From NCBI GenBank assembly GCA_963787255.1, contig CAWBCJ010000018.1, forward strand, positions 1 to 64,000: a stretch of 64,000 nt of DNA, read 5' to 3'. A model generated the notes under the pieces. It was not told the DNA's origin, ran no database searches, and worked only from the letters and a program-made list of their open reading frames with translations. The DNA is from Methanobacteriota archaeon. GTDB taxonomy: Archaea; Methanobacteriota; Methanobacteria; Methanobacteriales; Methanobacteriaceae. Numbering within the stretch: the stretch's first letter is position 1; every line of letters starts with the position of its first letter. Of the stretch, positions 51,256 to 61,608 are shown piece after piece. Made by a program: the position numbers and the translations under genes.

Positions 51256-52119
51256 TTACTCTAAATCACTGGTTCCATCTTCAACTATAACTCCTGTTCC
51301 AGTAGCAGTTACAATTAATGCTGTGCCCTGTAACCCGCCCATAGAGACATAGTCAATTATAACATCTATCACATTATTAGCTCCAATTGATTTAGCCTCC
51401 TCGAGCATTCGATATATGGCCAATTCCCTGGCTTCTCCTAAATAGAAGTCATCCAATAGAGTAGGTTCAATTATCTTTGTAAGCTTAGAGAGTTGCCCTT
51501 CAGACTTTTTTTCTTCTGCTACAGCTTCTCCACCAACTAAACCTACATATTTCTTTATTTTCCCCCCGTCTACAGGAGGAACAGATAATAGAGGTATAGC
51601 TAGTTCATCAAGGAAAATATCATCAGCAGATGGTCCAGCAATTATTTCCTCTTTTCCTTCGGCTTCAGGAGCTTTTCTCATAATTTTAGAAGGAATGAAA
51701 ATCAGGAATCCTATAAACTTTCTGACTATACCCACGCCAACCACAAAAAGAATATAATTTATCAATGTAGGGAATGCAGCTTGAAGAGTTAATATTATAG
51801 CAATTATAGTAATTAAACTGAGTTTGAAAGGCTCTTTGGGAAAAATATATCCCGGAGAGAACCAGCCATAACCATTGATTATCATGAATGTTAGAAGAGC
51901 GCTGATAGCGCCTGTGCTTTTACCATACTTCCTACGAGCTATGAAGGTTTCAACAAATCCTGCAAGTAGTGGGGAAACTATATACATGATATTGAATCCA
52001 AAAATAACTAAATTCCATGCTAAACATATAACAGCTGAACCAAATCCCACCAAAGTAGCAAAGATTATGGCAACAAGTGCCCAACGTTTTTCTTTAAGAA
52101 ATTTTACAAATGAAGCCAT
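51256..52119 (-). CDS. membrane protein fused to a C-terminal YbjQ/UPF0145-like domain
   Basis: About four TMs, then IKKYVGLV.GE, ARELA..RMLEEAKSIGANNVI, ATGTGV. Confidence 0.8.
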   Translation of the reverse strand: MASFVKFLKEKRWALVAIIFATLVGFGSAVICLAWNLVIFGFNIMYIVSPLLAGFVETFIARRKYGKSTGAISALLTFMIINGYGWFSPGYIFPKEPFKLSLITIIAIILTLQAAFPTLINYILFVVGVGIVRKFIGFLIFIPSKIMRKAPEAEGKEEIIAGPSADDIFLDELAIPLLSVPPVDGGKIKKYVGLVGGEAVAEEKKSEGQLSKLTKIIEPTLLDDFYLGEARELAIYRMLEEAKSIGANNVIDVIIDYVSMGGLQGTALIVTATGTGVIVEDGTSDLE

Positions 52120-52151
52120 AGTTTCATCTCTAAATTAAGATTAAAAATTAA

Positions 52152-52478
52152 TTATTCTTGATAAGTAACTGCAGTTCCAAAGACAGTGACCATTATAGTG
52201 TTTCCCATGGTGCCGCCCAGATTATGATAAGCCACACGAGTTCCTATAACAGCATTAGCACCTTTTTTCTCTGCTTTTTCTTGCATACTCTGCAGAGCTA
52301 ATTTCCTGGCACTTGTAATCTCTTCTTCATATTTAGAGGTTCTTCCCCCTACCACATCTCTCACTCCTGAGAACATATCCTTGTACATATTTGCTCCCAA
52401 GAGGGAATCTCCAGTTACTAAACCATGATATTCATTTATTTTTTTCCCTTCAATAGTTGGTGTAGTTAATATCAGCAT
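52152..52478 (-). CDS. YbjQ/UPF0145 family protein
   Basis: [36 protein letters not shown]. Confidence 0.93.
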   Translation of the reverse strand: MLILTTPTIEGKKINEYHGLVTGDSLLGANMYKDMFSGVRDVVGGRTSKYEEEITSARKLALQSMQEKAEKKGANAVIGTRVAYHNLGGTMGNTIMVTVFGTAVTYQE

Positions 52479-52586
52479 TCAATCTCCCCTTAAACTTTAT
52501 AAAAATTTTTTAATATTAAGCTATAATACACTCGATGGTTTTGTATACTTTAAACCATTTTTGACATATATATTAAATATAATATT

Positions 52587-52830
52587 TTATTGAATATTTA
52601 AATCTATAAATATTTCTTTTTTTATACTTTCAAATTCCTCTTCAGTGATTGCTCCAGAATCTAATAATTCTTTGGCTTTTTTAATTTTATCCATAGGAAT
52701 AAACTTTTCTGATTTACCGAATTTCACTTTTCATGTCTCTTCTGATTAATCTTCCTGTCTTTTTGAGGCTTAGACCATCTTTTTCAAGTTTTAATTCTAT
52801 TTTGTTACCTTCATGATGCCCAACTACTAT
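52587..52830 (-). pseudogene. disrupted SHOCT-domain gene
   Basis: Intact SHOCT tail MDKIKKAKELLDSGAITEEEFESIKKEI (52587-52694); upstream coding-like segment GHHEGNKIELKLEKDGL.. in another frame. Confidence 0.7.
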
Positions 52831-52889
52831 CTTGATTACCCTAATTTTTTATTGACAAAGTATATTTATGAATAATTTTATTTATGTTT

Positions 52890-52925
52890 TTAATTGTACA
52901 TTTAAAATAAATAATTATTTATATT
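52890..52925 (+). promoter_or_regulatory. island motif copy 2
   Basis: TTAATTGTACATTTAAAATAAATAATTATTTATATT upstream of the MFS gene. Confidence 0.85.
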
Positions 52926-52985
52926 TAAATTAAATAGTTATAATAGTTGATAATTTAAGGTATATAATCAGGAGTTAACTAATTA

Positions 52986-54530
52986 GTGATAAATATGGAA
53001 CACAAAAATCAGAATAAATGGGGCGTAGTAATAGTTGCCTGCATGGCGATTTTCATCATAGTTTTAGATTCATCTGCAATGAATGTAGCTATAAGTACAT
53101 TAGTTGTGGAATTAAATACAACTTTGTCGGTTATTCAAGCGATCATTGCTTTATATGCACTTATAATTGCTTCTTTCATGTTGTTGGGAAGTAAAATTCA
53201 GGATATCTTGGGTAGAAAGAAGACTTTTCTTTTAGGATTAGGTATCTATGCTTGTGGAACAACAATAGCCACTTTAAGTCTTAATGCGGGGATGCTGCTT
53301 ATTGGATGGGCTATTTTGGAAGGTATCGGTGCTGCGATGATGTTCCCTGCAACTACTACACTTGTAGGGAGTAGTTATGAAGGTAAAGATAGAGTCACTG
53401 CTTTTGGAATTTGGGGAGGAATAGCAGCAATGGGTGCTGCAATAGGTCCGATAATAGGTGGAATTTTTACAACTTACCTTACATGGAGACTGGTATTTGG
53501 TATGGAGCTGGTCTTTGTTTTCATTATATTAATATTCAGAAATTATTTAACTGAATCCATACCAACCTTGAAATGGAAAGATTTAGATATCGTTGGAGCA
53601 TTACTTTCAATAGTAGCACTGGTTTTAATAGTTTTAGGAATTTTATTACTATCAAAACCCGAATACTGGGAATACGTGGTAACATTATTGATTTCAGGTT
53701 CAATTCTGTTTATAGTCTTCTTATTATGGCAGAGGAGAAGAATTAATAAAGGTTTAGAGCCATTATCTGATATATCTCTTCTAAAAAATCGTTTATTTAG
53801 TTTAGGTAATTTTAACTCTATTTTACAGCAAATACCATTAGCAGGATTTCTCTTTATAATTCCGGTATTCCTGCAGCAGGTATCTAAAGCTGATGCATTC
53901 ACAACTGGATTAGCTCTTTTACCAGCATCTATTACTATTTTGATTTTCTCATTAGTTGGAGCCAGGCTATCATCAAAAGTAGGGCCTAAATACCTCTTAA
54001 TGATTGGATTTATCATTGCAGCAGCAGGAACATACATATTGGGCGGAGTATTCAACGTAAATACTCAAGTAGTAGATATTATACCTGGAACGGTTGTATT
54101 TGGAATTGGTGTAGGTCTCACACTTTCACAAATGACTAACCTTATTATATCCGCTGCAAGAGCTGATCAAGAAACTGATGCTTCTGGTTTATTTAATGCC
54201 TTTAAAAATTTAGGCTATTCCATAGGAACAGCTTTAATAGGTGTTTTACTTTTAATTGGAATATTCGGTGGCCTTACAACTGGAATCGAAACATCAGGTA
54301 TAGCTGGAAATATGACCACAGAACAAATACAAAGCAGCCTCTTTAACTATGTGGAAAAAATGCAGACAGTACCACCACAAATACCATCAGAATTAGTACC
54401 GCAAGCTACCCAAATTGTAGAATCAACCATTAGTTCTGCAATGAAACAGACATTTAATGCATTGACGTTAATTCTACTTTTAGGGTTTATTACAAGTTTC
54501 TTTATACCAAAAACAAAAAGAGAATCATAG
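52986..54530 (+). CDS. MFS transporter, DHA2/EmrB-QacA-like (14 TMS)
   Basis: LDSSAMNVAI, QDILGRKK, GAAIGPIIGG, LTWR. Confidence 0.92.
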   Translation: MINMEHKNQNKWGVVIVACMAIFIIVLDSSAMNVAISTLVVELNTTLSVIQAIIALYALIIASFMLLGSKIQDILGRKKTFLLGLGIYACGTTIATLSLNAGMLLIGWAILEGIGAAMMFPATTTLVGSSYEGKDRVTAFGIWGGIAAMGAAIGPIIGGIFTTYLTWRLVFGMELVFVFIILIFRNYLTESIPTLKWKDLDIVGALLSIVALVLIVLGILLLSKPEYWEYVVTLLISGSILFIVFLLWQRRRINKGLEPLSDISLLKNRLFSLGNFNSILQQIPLAGFLFIIPVFLQQVSKADAFTTGLALLPASITILIFSLVGARLSSKVGPKYLLMIGFIIAAAGTYILGGVFNVNTQVVDIIPGTVVFGIGVGLTLSQMTNLIISAARADQETDASGLFNAFKNLGYSIGTALIGVLLLIGIFGGLTTGIETSGIAGNMTTEQIQSSLFNYVEKMQTVPPQIPSELVPQATQIVESTISSAMKQTFNALTLILLLGFITSFFIPKTKRES

Positions 54531-54699
54531 TTTAGTAAAAAAAATGGATATTATGCCGAGATAATTTCAAATTAATTTCAATGCATTATCTATCTATTTT
54601 TATCTTTTTTTATAGGCGTCTTATTTTAATATAACACAATTCAGTTATATGCAATATATAAATTCTAACAATATTTTACTCCAATTCACGTTTCTCCTT

Positions 54700-54930
54700 A
54701 TTGATTACGCCTAATGTAAAATTTGGATAATGGCAAAGCGGTCACTCCATGGGCAACTACACTGAAAAGCACAGTGATGAAAACTGCCAAGATGAATAGT
54801 GTTCTGTCCCGGAAATGATCCTAACCCTTCTAAAGCTATTTCGTCAGCTATAATAAATGAAATTAGTGCAAGAACTAAAAAGGCTATTCTTTGATATTCT
54901 GGTATAATCCATCCTTTATCTCTCCAATCT
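54700..54930 (-). pseudogene. internally deleted remnant of a CPA1/NhaP-type cation:proton antiporter
   Basis: WRDKGWIIPEYQRIAFLVLALISFIIADEI fused to ..FPGQNTI / LAVFITVLFSVVAHGVTALPLSKFY (terminal SV..HG.T motif). Confidence 0.65.
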
Positions 54931-55051
54931 AACTTTAATTATTAACAGTAAAAAATATCTTTTCATCATTATCATTAATATTGAAAATAGATTTATTGCA
55001 GAAATTAGACTAATTTACTTATTTTCTTTGTTCAATGATATAATTCAGTAA

Positions 55052-55204
55052 TCAATCAATTTCTAAATTTTTCAATGATTTCAAAATTTTATCTATGTGG
55101 CATTTAGTACCAAGCACCTTTCCTAACATTGCACCTGCCGTAATACCAAGAATAATAGAAAATAAAGAAGTTCTTTGCACCCAAGATTCATTTCCTCTTT
55201 CCAT
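55052..55204 (-). CDS. 50-aa membrane-associated microprotein
   Basis: MERGNESWVQRTSLFSIILGITAGAMLGKVLGTKCHIDKILKSLKNLEID; AAGGA upstream. Confidence 0.45.
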   Translation of the reverse strand: MERGNESWVQRTSLFSIILGITAGAMLGKVLGTKCHIDKILKSLKNLEID

Positions 55205-55276
55205 TTTCCTTCATTGATGGAATCTTAAGTGTATATGTATAGAAATAGATCAATAAAAAAAATAAAAAAAAGGAAA

Positions 55277-55978
55277 TTAGCTTGTCATTTTCCCGACTTC
55301 GTCAGCTACTTTCCAGTGCTCACCTTTCTTTTCATTCCTACGAATTAGCCACACTCCAATACCTGCTCCTACTATAGCTCCTGCAGTATCAGTGAATAAG
55401 TCGTTCATAGTATCTTCATGAGGGCTTTGGGTTGGTGAACCCTGCATTTGGGTGTTACCTGTAATTTATCCTATAGGACCCTGGGATAAGTACTGGTCAT
55501 AGGTATATTCTACCATTTCTAGTGCTCCTCCAAAACCTAAGGTTACCATTATAATGATAAATGCCATAGCACCATATGATGCTTTTAGTTTACCATAGAA
55601 GTACATGGTGTAAACAACCATCATTCCAATTAATGCAAGGTATAATGGCAGCATGAAGTGCATGAAATTGTCATAGTGTGGAAGTTTCACATATAATCCA
55701 AGTGCATCTCCACCAACAAGCTCGAATAGTACCATAGACAATAATATAAGCTCAATTTCAACTGGTAATGCACGTATTTTGCCTTTTGTAAAAAATGCTG
55801 GAGCATTAACTATTGCTAAAGCTATTAAGATTAATATTCCAAAAATTCTTTCAGTACCATTGGCGCCACCGAAAATAGTAAAATAAATACCGCAAATCAA
55901 AAGGAATATACGCATTATCCTTAGCAAATTCCTCTGTAAAGGACTCATAGTATCCTTATCAGGGTTTAAATAACTCAT
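55277..55978 (-). pseudogene. DUF2238/YjdF-like membrane protein with an in-frame TAA at 55466-55468
   Basis: YDNFMH and E..EY motifs; the same frame continues after the stop as ITGNTQMQGSPTQSPHEDTMNDLFTDTAGAIVG. Confidence 0.8.
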
Positions 55979-56047
55979 TTTTCTACCTCCTTTAAAATCT
56001 TTAATTCTATTTCAATTGATATTGCATCATTTTATTATATAAACTTT

Positions 56048-56083
56048 TTAATTGTACATTTAAAATAGATAATTATTTATGTT
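56048..56083 (+). promoter_or_regulatory. island motif copy 3
   Basis: TTAATTGTACATTTAAAATAGATAATTATTTATGTT. Confidence 0.85.
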
Positions 56084-56102
56084 GAGTAACATAGCATATA
56101 AT

Positions 56103-56219
56103 TTGCATTGGAGAAATTAGAACAGCCTCCATTTCAGGGATTATAGTTGTTACTAAATACCATGCATATTATATTAGTCTATCTAAAAACTTTCCGGCGT
56201 TTCTATTTCTCCCTTGCAA
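56103..56219 (+). ncRNA. candidate structured 5' leader or sRNA
   Basis: 5' TTGCA..GGAGAAA.TAGAA..GCC pairs with 3' GGC..TTCTA TTTCTCC..TGCAA; begins at the expected TSS distance from motif copy 3. Confidence 0.45.
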
Positions 56220-56284
56220 TTTTGGAAAAAGTTATTAATTCGATAACTAAATTTAAGTTCAATTAATTAAAAGGAGGTGAAAAA

Positions 56285-56680
56285 GTGAAACTAAACTGGA
56301 TGGCAATAGCAATTGGAATAGTCCTTACAGCAGTTTTAGCAATATTCGGATTTTATGTAGGATTAATAGCAATTATAGCCCCTATAATAGCAGGTATAAT
56401 TGTTGGTTATGTATATGCTGATAATACTGGTGACGGGGCTCTTAATGCGGGAATTGGAGCAGGTATAGGTGGACTTATTTATACAATACTTGCATTTTAC
56501 GCAGCTCTCAGCGTTATAACTGCAATAACTTATTTCACTGCATCAACTTATGTACCAACCGGAGCAAATTTAGCCGTAACTGCAATAGGAGCTTTAGTCA
56601 TAGATTTCATACTTGGTGCAATTGGTGGAGTTATAGGAGTCTTAATTAAAGGAGAACCAGCTGTAAAAACAACAGAATAA
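56285..56680 (+). CDS. DUF5518-like membrane protein
   Basis: LNWMAIAIG, APIIAGIIVG, GALNAGIGAGIGG; GGAGGTGA RBS. Confidence 0.78.
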   Translation: MKLNWMAIAIGIVLTAVLAIFGFYVGLIAIIAPIIAGIIVGYVYADNTGDGALNAGIGAGIGGLIYTILAFYAALSVITAITYFTASTYVPTGANLAVTAIGALVIDFILGAIGGVIGVLIKGEPAVKTTE

Positions 56681-57036
56681 CAACAACTACAATTATAAAC
56701 AACTATTACATCGATAAACAAAAAAAATCTCATTTTTACTTTTTTTAGACTAATATTTTTTTTACACAAAATAAGTGTTAATGTTTATAGTAATTATCTT
56801 AATTATATGGATAAATAACAAACTCAGGTCTTAAATAATGAATTCAATGCAAAGATATAATTAGGGTGAAAATATGTCTATAAAGAAAGAAAATATGCCG
56901 GAAAAAGGGGCTGCAACACATAAATTAGTTATTCTTCTTATATTTTAATATTGTTCTTTTTAAGGCTTAGAAAATCTTTTTACAGTTTAAATCAATTCTA
57001 TTTTATTCATAATATCCAAATATTAATATTTCATGT

Positions 57037-57052
57037 TTAATTGCACATTTAA
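57037..57052 (+). promoter_or_regulatory. island motif copy 4 (palindrome only, no BRE/TATA tail)
   Basis: TTAATTGCACATTTAA between convergent genes. Confidence 0.55.
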
Positions 57053-57080
57053 ACCAAAAAAAATAAAAACTATTTGTTAA

Positions 57081-57593
57081 TTATTGTATACTTAATGTCT
57101 TTAAAATGGAGTTATAGTCTGTTTCGGTTTGATTTAGTGCATTTGGTGGGCATATATATTCCAGTATATAGTAATAATTGCCTGTATCTATGATTGTTAC
57201 TTTTTGAGCTAAACTTGGGCCATAAGTTCCAAATTGAGTTGCTTTGAAATTTCCGATGTTAGTTGTTCCAACAGTTGAATTAGTTGTATTCATAGCAATT
57301 GTATTTGTCCCTGGAAGCTGCAATGTCCCCTGAGATTTTTTTTGCATTTGAATGATTATATAAGATGTTGGGCTTCCTCCATCTGGAATATTTGCAGTTA
57401 AAATAACTTCAGAAAACAGTGAATTATCCTCAAAAGTCCCTATTACCTGATCCTGGCTCCAGGAGTTCGGGTATTCAAAATATAATTTTCCAGTATCGAA
57501 TGTATTATTTCCAAAAGTGGCAGCCAATATAATAGCAATAACTACAACTATTACAATAATTATTCCTGGTAGAATTAATCGGTCGTTATCCAT
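57081..57593 (-). CDS. membrane-anchored extracellular PsbP-like protein
   Basis: N-terminal TM, FEYPNSW, ILKTLSIQ terminus. Confidence 0.7.
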   Translation of the reverse strand: MDNDRLILPGIIIVIVVVIAIILAATFGNNTFDTGKLYFEYPNSWSQDQVIGTFEDNSLFSEVILTANIPDGGSPTSYIIIQMQKKSQGTLQLPGTNTIAMNTTNSTVGTTNIGNFKATQFGTYGPSLAQKVTIIDTGNYYYILEYICPPNALNQTETDYNSILKTLSIQ

Positions 57594-57656
57594 ATTTTTT
57601 CACCTAATTTTTATAAAATACATTAATTATTATATCTAAACAATCTTATTTAAGTT

Positions 57657-57693
57657 TTAATTGTACATTTAAAATAAATAATTATTTATATTA
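57657..57693 (+). promoter_or_regulatory. island motif copy 5
   Basis: TTAATTGTACATTTAAAATAAATAATTATTTTATATT upstream of the DUF308 gene. Confidence 0.85.
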
Positions 57694-57748
57694 AATTTAA
57701 ACAGTATTATACGGGGCTTGTTTGAAAAAAATTAAGGAGACATTAAAC

Positions 57749-58264
57749 ATGGCAGAAGGAAATAATGTATTATTAGGTATTTTAGCGATAATTTTAGGTA
57801 TTTTAGTGATTGCTTTCCCATTATTCAGCGTATTCACTGCAAGCGTATTAGCAGGTTTTGCTGTAATCTTTTTAGGAATCTGGTTACTTGTACAAAGTTT
57901 CGGAATGTGGAGTGCAAGTAAAGGAGCAAGTATAGCCTATTTAATACTCGGACTTATAGCAATAGTTGGAGGAATAGGCCTATTTGGAAGCATACTTGCA
58001 TTCAGTGCATTAGCTAGCTTCTGGCTCTACTTTGTAGGTTTCTTCCTGATAATTTCAGGTATAATGTCATTCTTCACCAAAGAAGGAACAACAGGTAAAG
58101 GAGTCGGAGGTGCAGGTGTTATCTTAGGTATATTATACATAATATTAGCATCATATGCATGGAATCCATACTATTTAGCTTTATTAATTGGAATCTGGTT
58201 AATAATCGATGGAATAGCTTTATTCTTTGTTAGCCCATCAGAATTAATGAAACCTGGAAAATAA
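57749..58264 (+). CDS. DUF308/HdeD-family membrane protein
   Basis: Six TMs with LGIL.IILG..P, G.FLIISGI, LIGIWLIIDGI; AGGAG RBS before ATG 57749. Confidence 0.85.
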   Translation: MAEGNNVLLGILAIILGILVIAFPLFSVFTASVLAGFAVIFLGIWLLVQSFGMWSASKGASIAYLILGLIAIVGGIGLFGSILAFSALASFWLYFVGFFLIISGIMSFFTKEGTTGKGVGGAGVILGILYIILASYAWNPYYLALLIGIWLIIDGIALFFVSPSELMKPGK

Positions 58265-58374
58265 ACATTCAAAAATAAAAATATTATAAATCAAACAAGC
58301 CCCATTTTCTTAAGATTAAAAAAAAGATATTCAAGATAGATTTAAATAATAAATTAATTAAAAGGAGTGGTATT

Positions 58375-58590
58375 ATGCCAGATTTAGGACCATTAGGAAG
58401 AGGCGGAGCTAGAAGAAGAACAAGAAGAAGGGTGATGGCAATGAATGAAATGACCAAGCCACAAGAACCATCCAGAGAAACTGAAACTCCTATTAAATCA
58501 GATAACTCAGATAAATTAAAGCAATTAGCAAAACTATTAAGGAATAAAGGAGTAATAACCGAAGAAGAGTATGACTTGCTATTCGACTAA
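58375..58590 (+). CDS. small SHOCT protein with an Arg-rich N-terminus
   Basis: GRGGARRRTRRR; KLKQLAKL...GVITEEEY. Confidence 0.75.
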   Translation: MPDLGPLGRGGARRRTRRRVMAMNEMTKPQEPSRETETPIKSDNSDKLKQLAKLLRNKGVITEEEYDLLFD

Positions 58591-58640
58591 ACATTTTTTA
58601 AAGTAATGAATTTATTCTTTTTTACAAGATGTGATATACT

Positions 58641-59120
58641 ATGCAGAAAAAAGAAAGCGCATTGATCATTATAGTTCTCGGTTTAATTGTTTTGGCTTTT
58701 CCTGTTTTAGGAGTAATCCCATTTAGCTTGATTACTGGATTTATAGTATCATTTTTGGGTATAGGACTACTATTTACAGGTTTGGCATTAAGAAGAGAAG
58801 ATGCAACTAGGGGAATTTTGGGAATAATTTTAGGAATTATAGTCCTAATTCTAGGTATAGGCTTTATTGTTAATCCGGCCCTATTCAGCTTTGTAGCTGC
58901 ATTATTCGTATTTATTGCAGGTTTATTCCTGGTAGGGATAGGAATTGCAACCATTATTGGTAATTTTGGTGGAGATATTAGATCCGGTGCAGTTGCTTTG
59001 GTTTTAGGTATAATTTACTTGATTATAGCTACATTGGTATCTGATCCAGCAGTTTTAGGTACTTTAATAGGTTTATGGCTTTTAATTACTGGATTTTTAA
59101 TGCTGTTCCAGAAAGACTAA
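58641..59120 (+). CDS. DUF308/HdeD-family membrane protein
   Basis: SALI.IVLGLIVLAFPVLGVIP; LIGLWLLITG; close paralog of 61609-62088. Confidence 0.85.
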   Translation: MQKKESALIIIVLGLIVLAFPVLGVIPFSLITGFIVSFLGIGLLFTGLALRREDATRGILGIILGIIVLILGIGFIVNPALFSFVAALFVFIAGLFLVGIGIATIIGNFGGDIRSGAVALVLGIIYLIIATLVSDPAVLGTLIGLWLLITGFLMLFQKD

Positions 59121-59290
59121 AAATTCAACAACTCTTTTTTAAAACTTTTTGGAATATGTGAAAGATGAGGGGATAACTTAATTTTTTTTAAGAATGTATT
59201 TAATATACTTGCTATATTAAGCGATAGATAGTGATGATAAATACTATGAAACCATATTTTTTAAAGATTAAGCTTACGGAGTGAAATCTA

Positions 59291-59986
59291 ATGTCTGAAT
59301 TATTTAATTTATTATCAGTAGTAGTGCCTACAGCATTAGTCGCTGCTTTAAGCCCTACCAGTTTTGCTGTGATGATAATGTTAATGTCTTTGTCTAAAAA
59401 ACCAAAAACTAGTGGTCTCGGGTTTTTAGCAGGATCTTCAATAATTATATTATTGGCAGCTTTATTAGGACTTGTTGCTGCAGAAGGAGCATCTTTTGTA
59501 GCTAGTACTGAAATTAACTTCCTTCCAGCATGGATAGATGTAATTTTAGGAGTTATAATACTTTATTTTGGCATTAAAACCACTTTTAAGAAAGATAATG
59601 AAGCTGATGAAAAAAAATTAGAAAATCGTCTGAAAGATAAATATACTACTTTAGGATTTTTTGGCAGTGCCTTATTAGCAATGGGTCTTTTTGCTTTAAA
59701 TTTAATCACCACAATTTTGGTGTTTTTTGCTAGCAACCAAATAGCAGCTTCTAGTGTAAATTGGATGGGTAAAACGATTACGTTAATTTTACTAGTGACC
59801 ATAACCCTCTTATTAGTGGAAATACCATTAATGATATACTTTTTAGTTCCTCAAAAGGCGGATAATATTCTTTCAAATTTAAATACATGGATTCAAAAAA
59901 GAGGGCATTACTTAACTGCAGGTTTAGTCATTATAATAGGGATATATATACTTTTTGAAGGGTTAAATGAGTTAAATTTGATTTAA
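59291..59986 (+). CDS. GAP-family (SfLAP, LysE superfamily) membrane exporter
   Basis: ALVAALSP, FLAG, EIPL..Y...P.KA..IL..L..W. Confidence 0.8.
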   Translation: MSELFNLLSVVVPTALVAALSPTSFAVMIMLMSLSKKPKTSGLGFLAGSSIIILLAALLGLVAAEGASFVASTEINFLPAWIDVILGVIILYFGIKTTFKKDNEADEKKLENRLKDKYTTLGFFGSALLAMGLFALNLITTILVFFASNQIAASSVNWMGKTITLILLVTITLLLVEIPLMIYFLVPQKADNILSNLNTWIQKRGHYLTAGLVIIIGIYILFEGLNELNLI

Positions 59987-60165
59987 ATAATAAATGTATG
60001 TGGAATTTAACTATAATGAATGATTGATAGAGAAAGGTAAATGTTTTCATTATTTTAACCCTAAAAAAATTTATTTTAAAGGATAACTATTATTCCCCTT
60101 AACTTTATTTTTATAATTTAATTGTTCTAAATAAGATTTCAATCTTAATTTTAGAAAGATATATT

Positions 60166-60197
60166 ATAATTGCACATTTAAAATAAATAATTATATT
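60166..60197 (+). promoter_or_regulatory. island motif copy 6
   Basis: ATAATTGCACATTTAAAATAAATAATTATATT upstream of the AI-2E gene. Confidence 0.75.
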
Positions 60198-60242
60198 AAA
60201 TTTGAACATTTATTATTAAATATTAAAAAAAGGAGGAAAAAA

Positions 60243-61241
60243 ATGATTAATGATTTTAAAATACCGCCCTTTCTTCGGCAAATTATTGTAATAGCCGTTA
60301 TTTTCGTTGCAGTAGTAGGATTAAAAATTACTGCCCCCATTATGAGCCTTATAATACTTTCAATTTTTCTTAGTCTGCTTTTCTACCCATTTTTGAAATG
60401 GCTAGAAAAAAAAGGTATATCTTATAATAAAGGCATGCTGATAACTCTTGTAGGAATCGCCGCTCTAGGTTTTGGGGTATTAGCTTTTATGGCACTTTCA
60501 TTATCCCAATTAATACAAGCAATCCCTAGTTTATCTATAAACTCTTCTGATTTTCTTGCACAATATGGAAATCAAATAATTGAATTTATTGTCACCAATA
60601 TACCTATAGAAAATGTAAAAGGACTCATTGCCGATGGGACTTTCATCATATTTGCGGTCATATTCCTGGTTTTTGAACTTCCCCAAATAAAAAACAGACT
60701 CGTAAAAGGATTAGGTGCAGATAACCCTACCTTGAATAAAGCTTTTGCTCTTGTTAGCACCTTCATCAAATACTTTATAATTAGAGTTAAAGTAAACTTA
60801 ATTTATGGTATAGGTGTTGCAGGTGTTCTCTTTATATTTGACATTAACTTTGCAATACTATGGGGTTTATTAACATTTATACTTGGATTTATTCCATATT
60901 TGGGTATTATGATAGCAGCAATACCCCCTATACTAGTAGCATGGGGTAAGTATGGGATACAAGGAGCCATAATAATGGGAATTTTCTTTGTAATAATCAA
61001 TACCATTGTAGAAAGCTATATATTCCCTAGATTAACTGGAAAAGGCCTTCAAATGTCAATTTATGTAGTATTTGCTGCACTATTTGTATGGGGTTGGATT
61101 TTAGGGCCTGTTGGATTTTTCATTGGTATTCCTTTAACCCTGATTATAATAAGATATCTTGAAAACTTTGATGAAACTCGATGGTTGGCCTTAATCATGA
61201 CCAGTGGCGAGGAAGAGGATATTAAGAAAAAGAAATCATGA
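60243..61241 (+). CDS. AI-2E (UPF0118/PerM) family transporter
   Basis: P...WL.KKG, LWGLLTFILGFIPYLG, E.YI.PRL.G, WGWILGPVG. Confidence 0.92.
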   Translation: MINDFKIPPFLRQIIVIAVIFVAVVGLKITAPIMSLIILSIFLSLLFYPFLKWLEKKGISYNKGMLITLVGIAALGFGVLAFMALSLSQLIQAIPSLSINSSDFLAQYGNQIIEFIVTNIPIENVKGLIADGTFIIFAVIFLVFELPQIKNRLVKGLGADNPTLNKAFALVSTFIKYFIIRVKVNLIYGIGVAGVLFIFDINFAILWGLLTFILGFIPYLGIMIAAIPPILVAWGKYGIQGAIIMGIFFVIINTIVESYIFPRLTGKGLQMSIYVVFAALFVWGWILGPVGFFIGIPLTLIIIRYLENFDETRWLALIMTSGEEEDIKKKKS

Positions 61242-61608
61242 AATAGATAAGGAAAACATGAGAAGCGAAATAGTTCGGGTTTAGGTCTTATAATTGGTTA
61301 GGGTTTTTTTACAACGAATAACCAAGATCAAGATCCCAGGCATAATTCTACTTTTACCAGAGGTTACGATAGTAGATCTTTGCTTGGGCTCATAAATTCC
61401 AATTAACTGTTTTCAATTCTCTATTTCCTATGATAATGGTCGACCTCATGAATTAATATTTTTTTTATGGCTATAAACTCGATTTTATAAATAAAAATAG
61501 CAAATTAGCATAATGTAAGTTGTAATTTTTTAATAAATTCAAGCACATTAAAATAGACCCAAAGAAAAATAAAAAAATAAAAAGGGAAGTTTATTGAATA
61601 TTAATTTT

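Noticed and set aside
51030-51290. 86-aa plus-strand ORF
   Set aside because: No RBS, overlaps the 3' end of a real gene, low-complexity composition.
56874-56948. 24-aa ORF MSIKKENMPEKGAATHKLVILLIF with a GGTGA RBS
   Set aside because: Too short to support; possibly the stub of a deleted gene.
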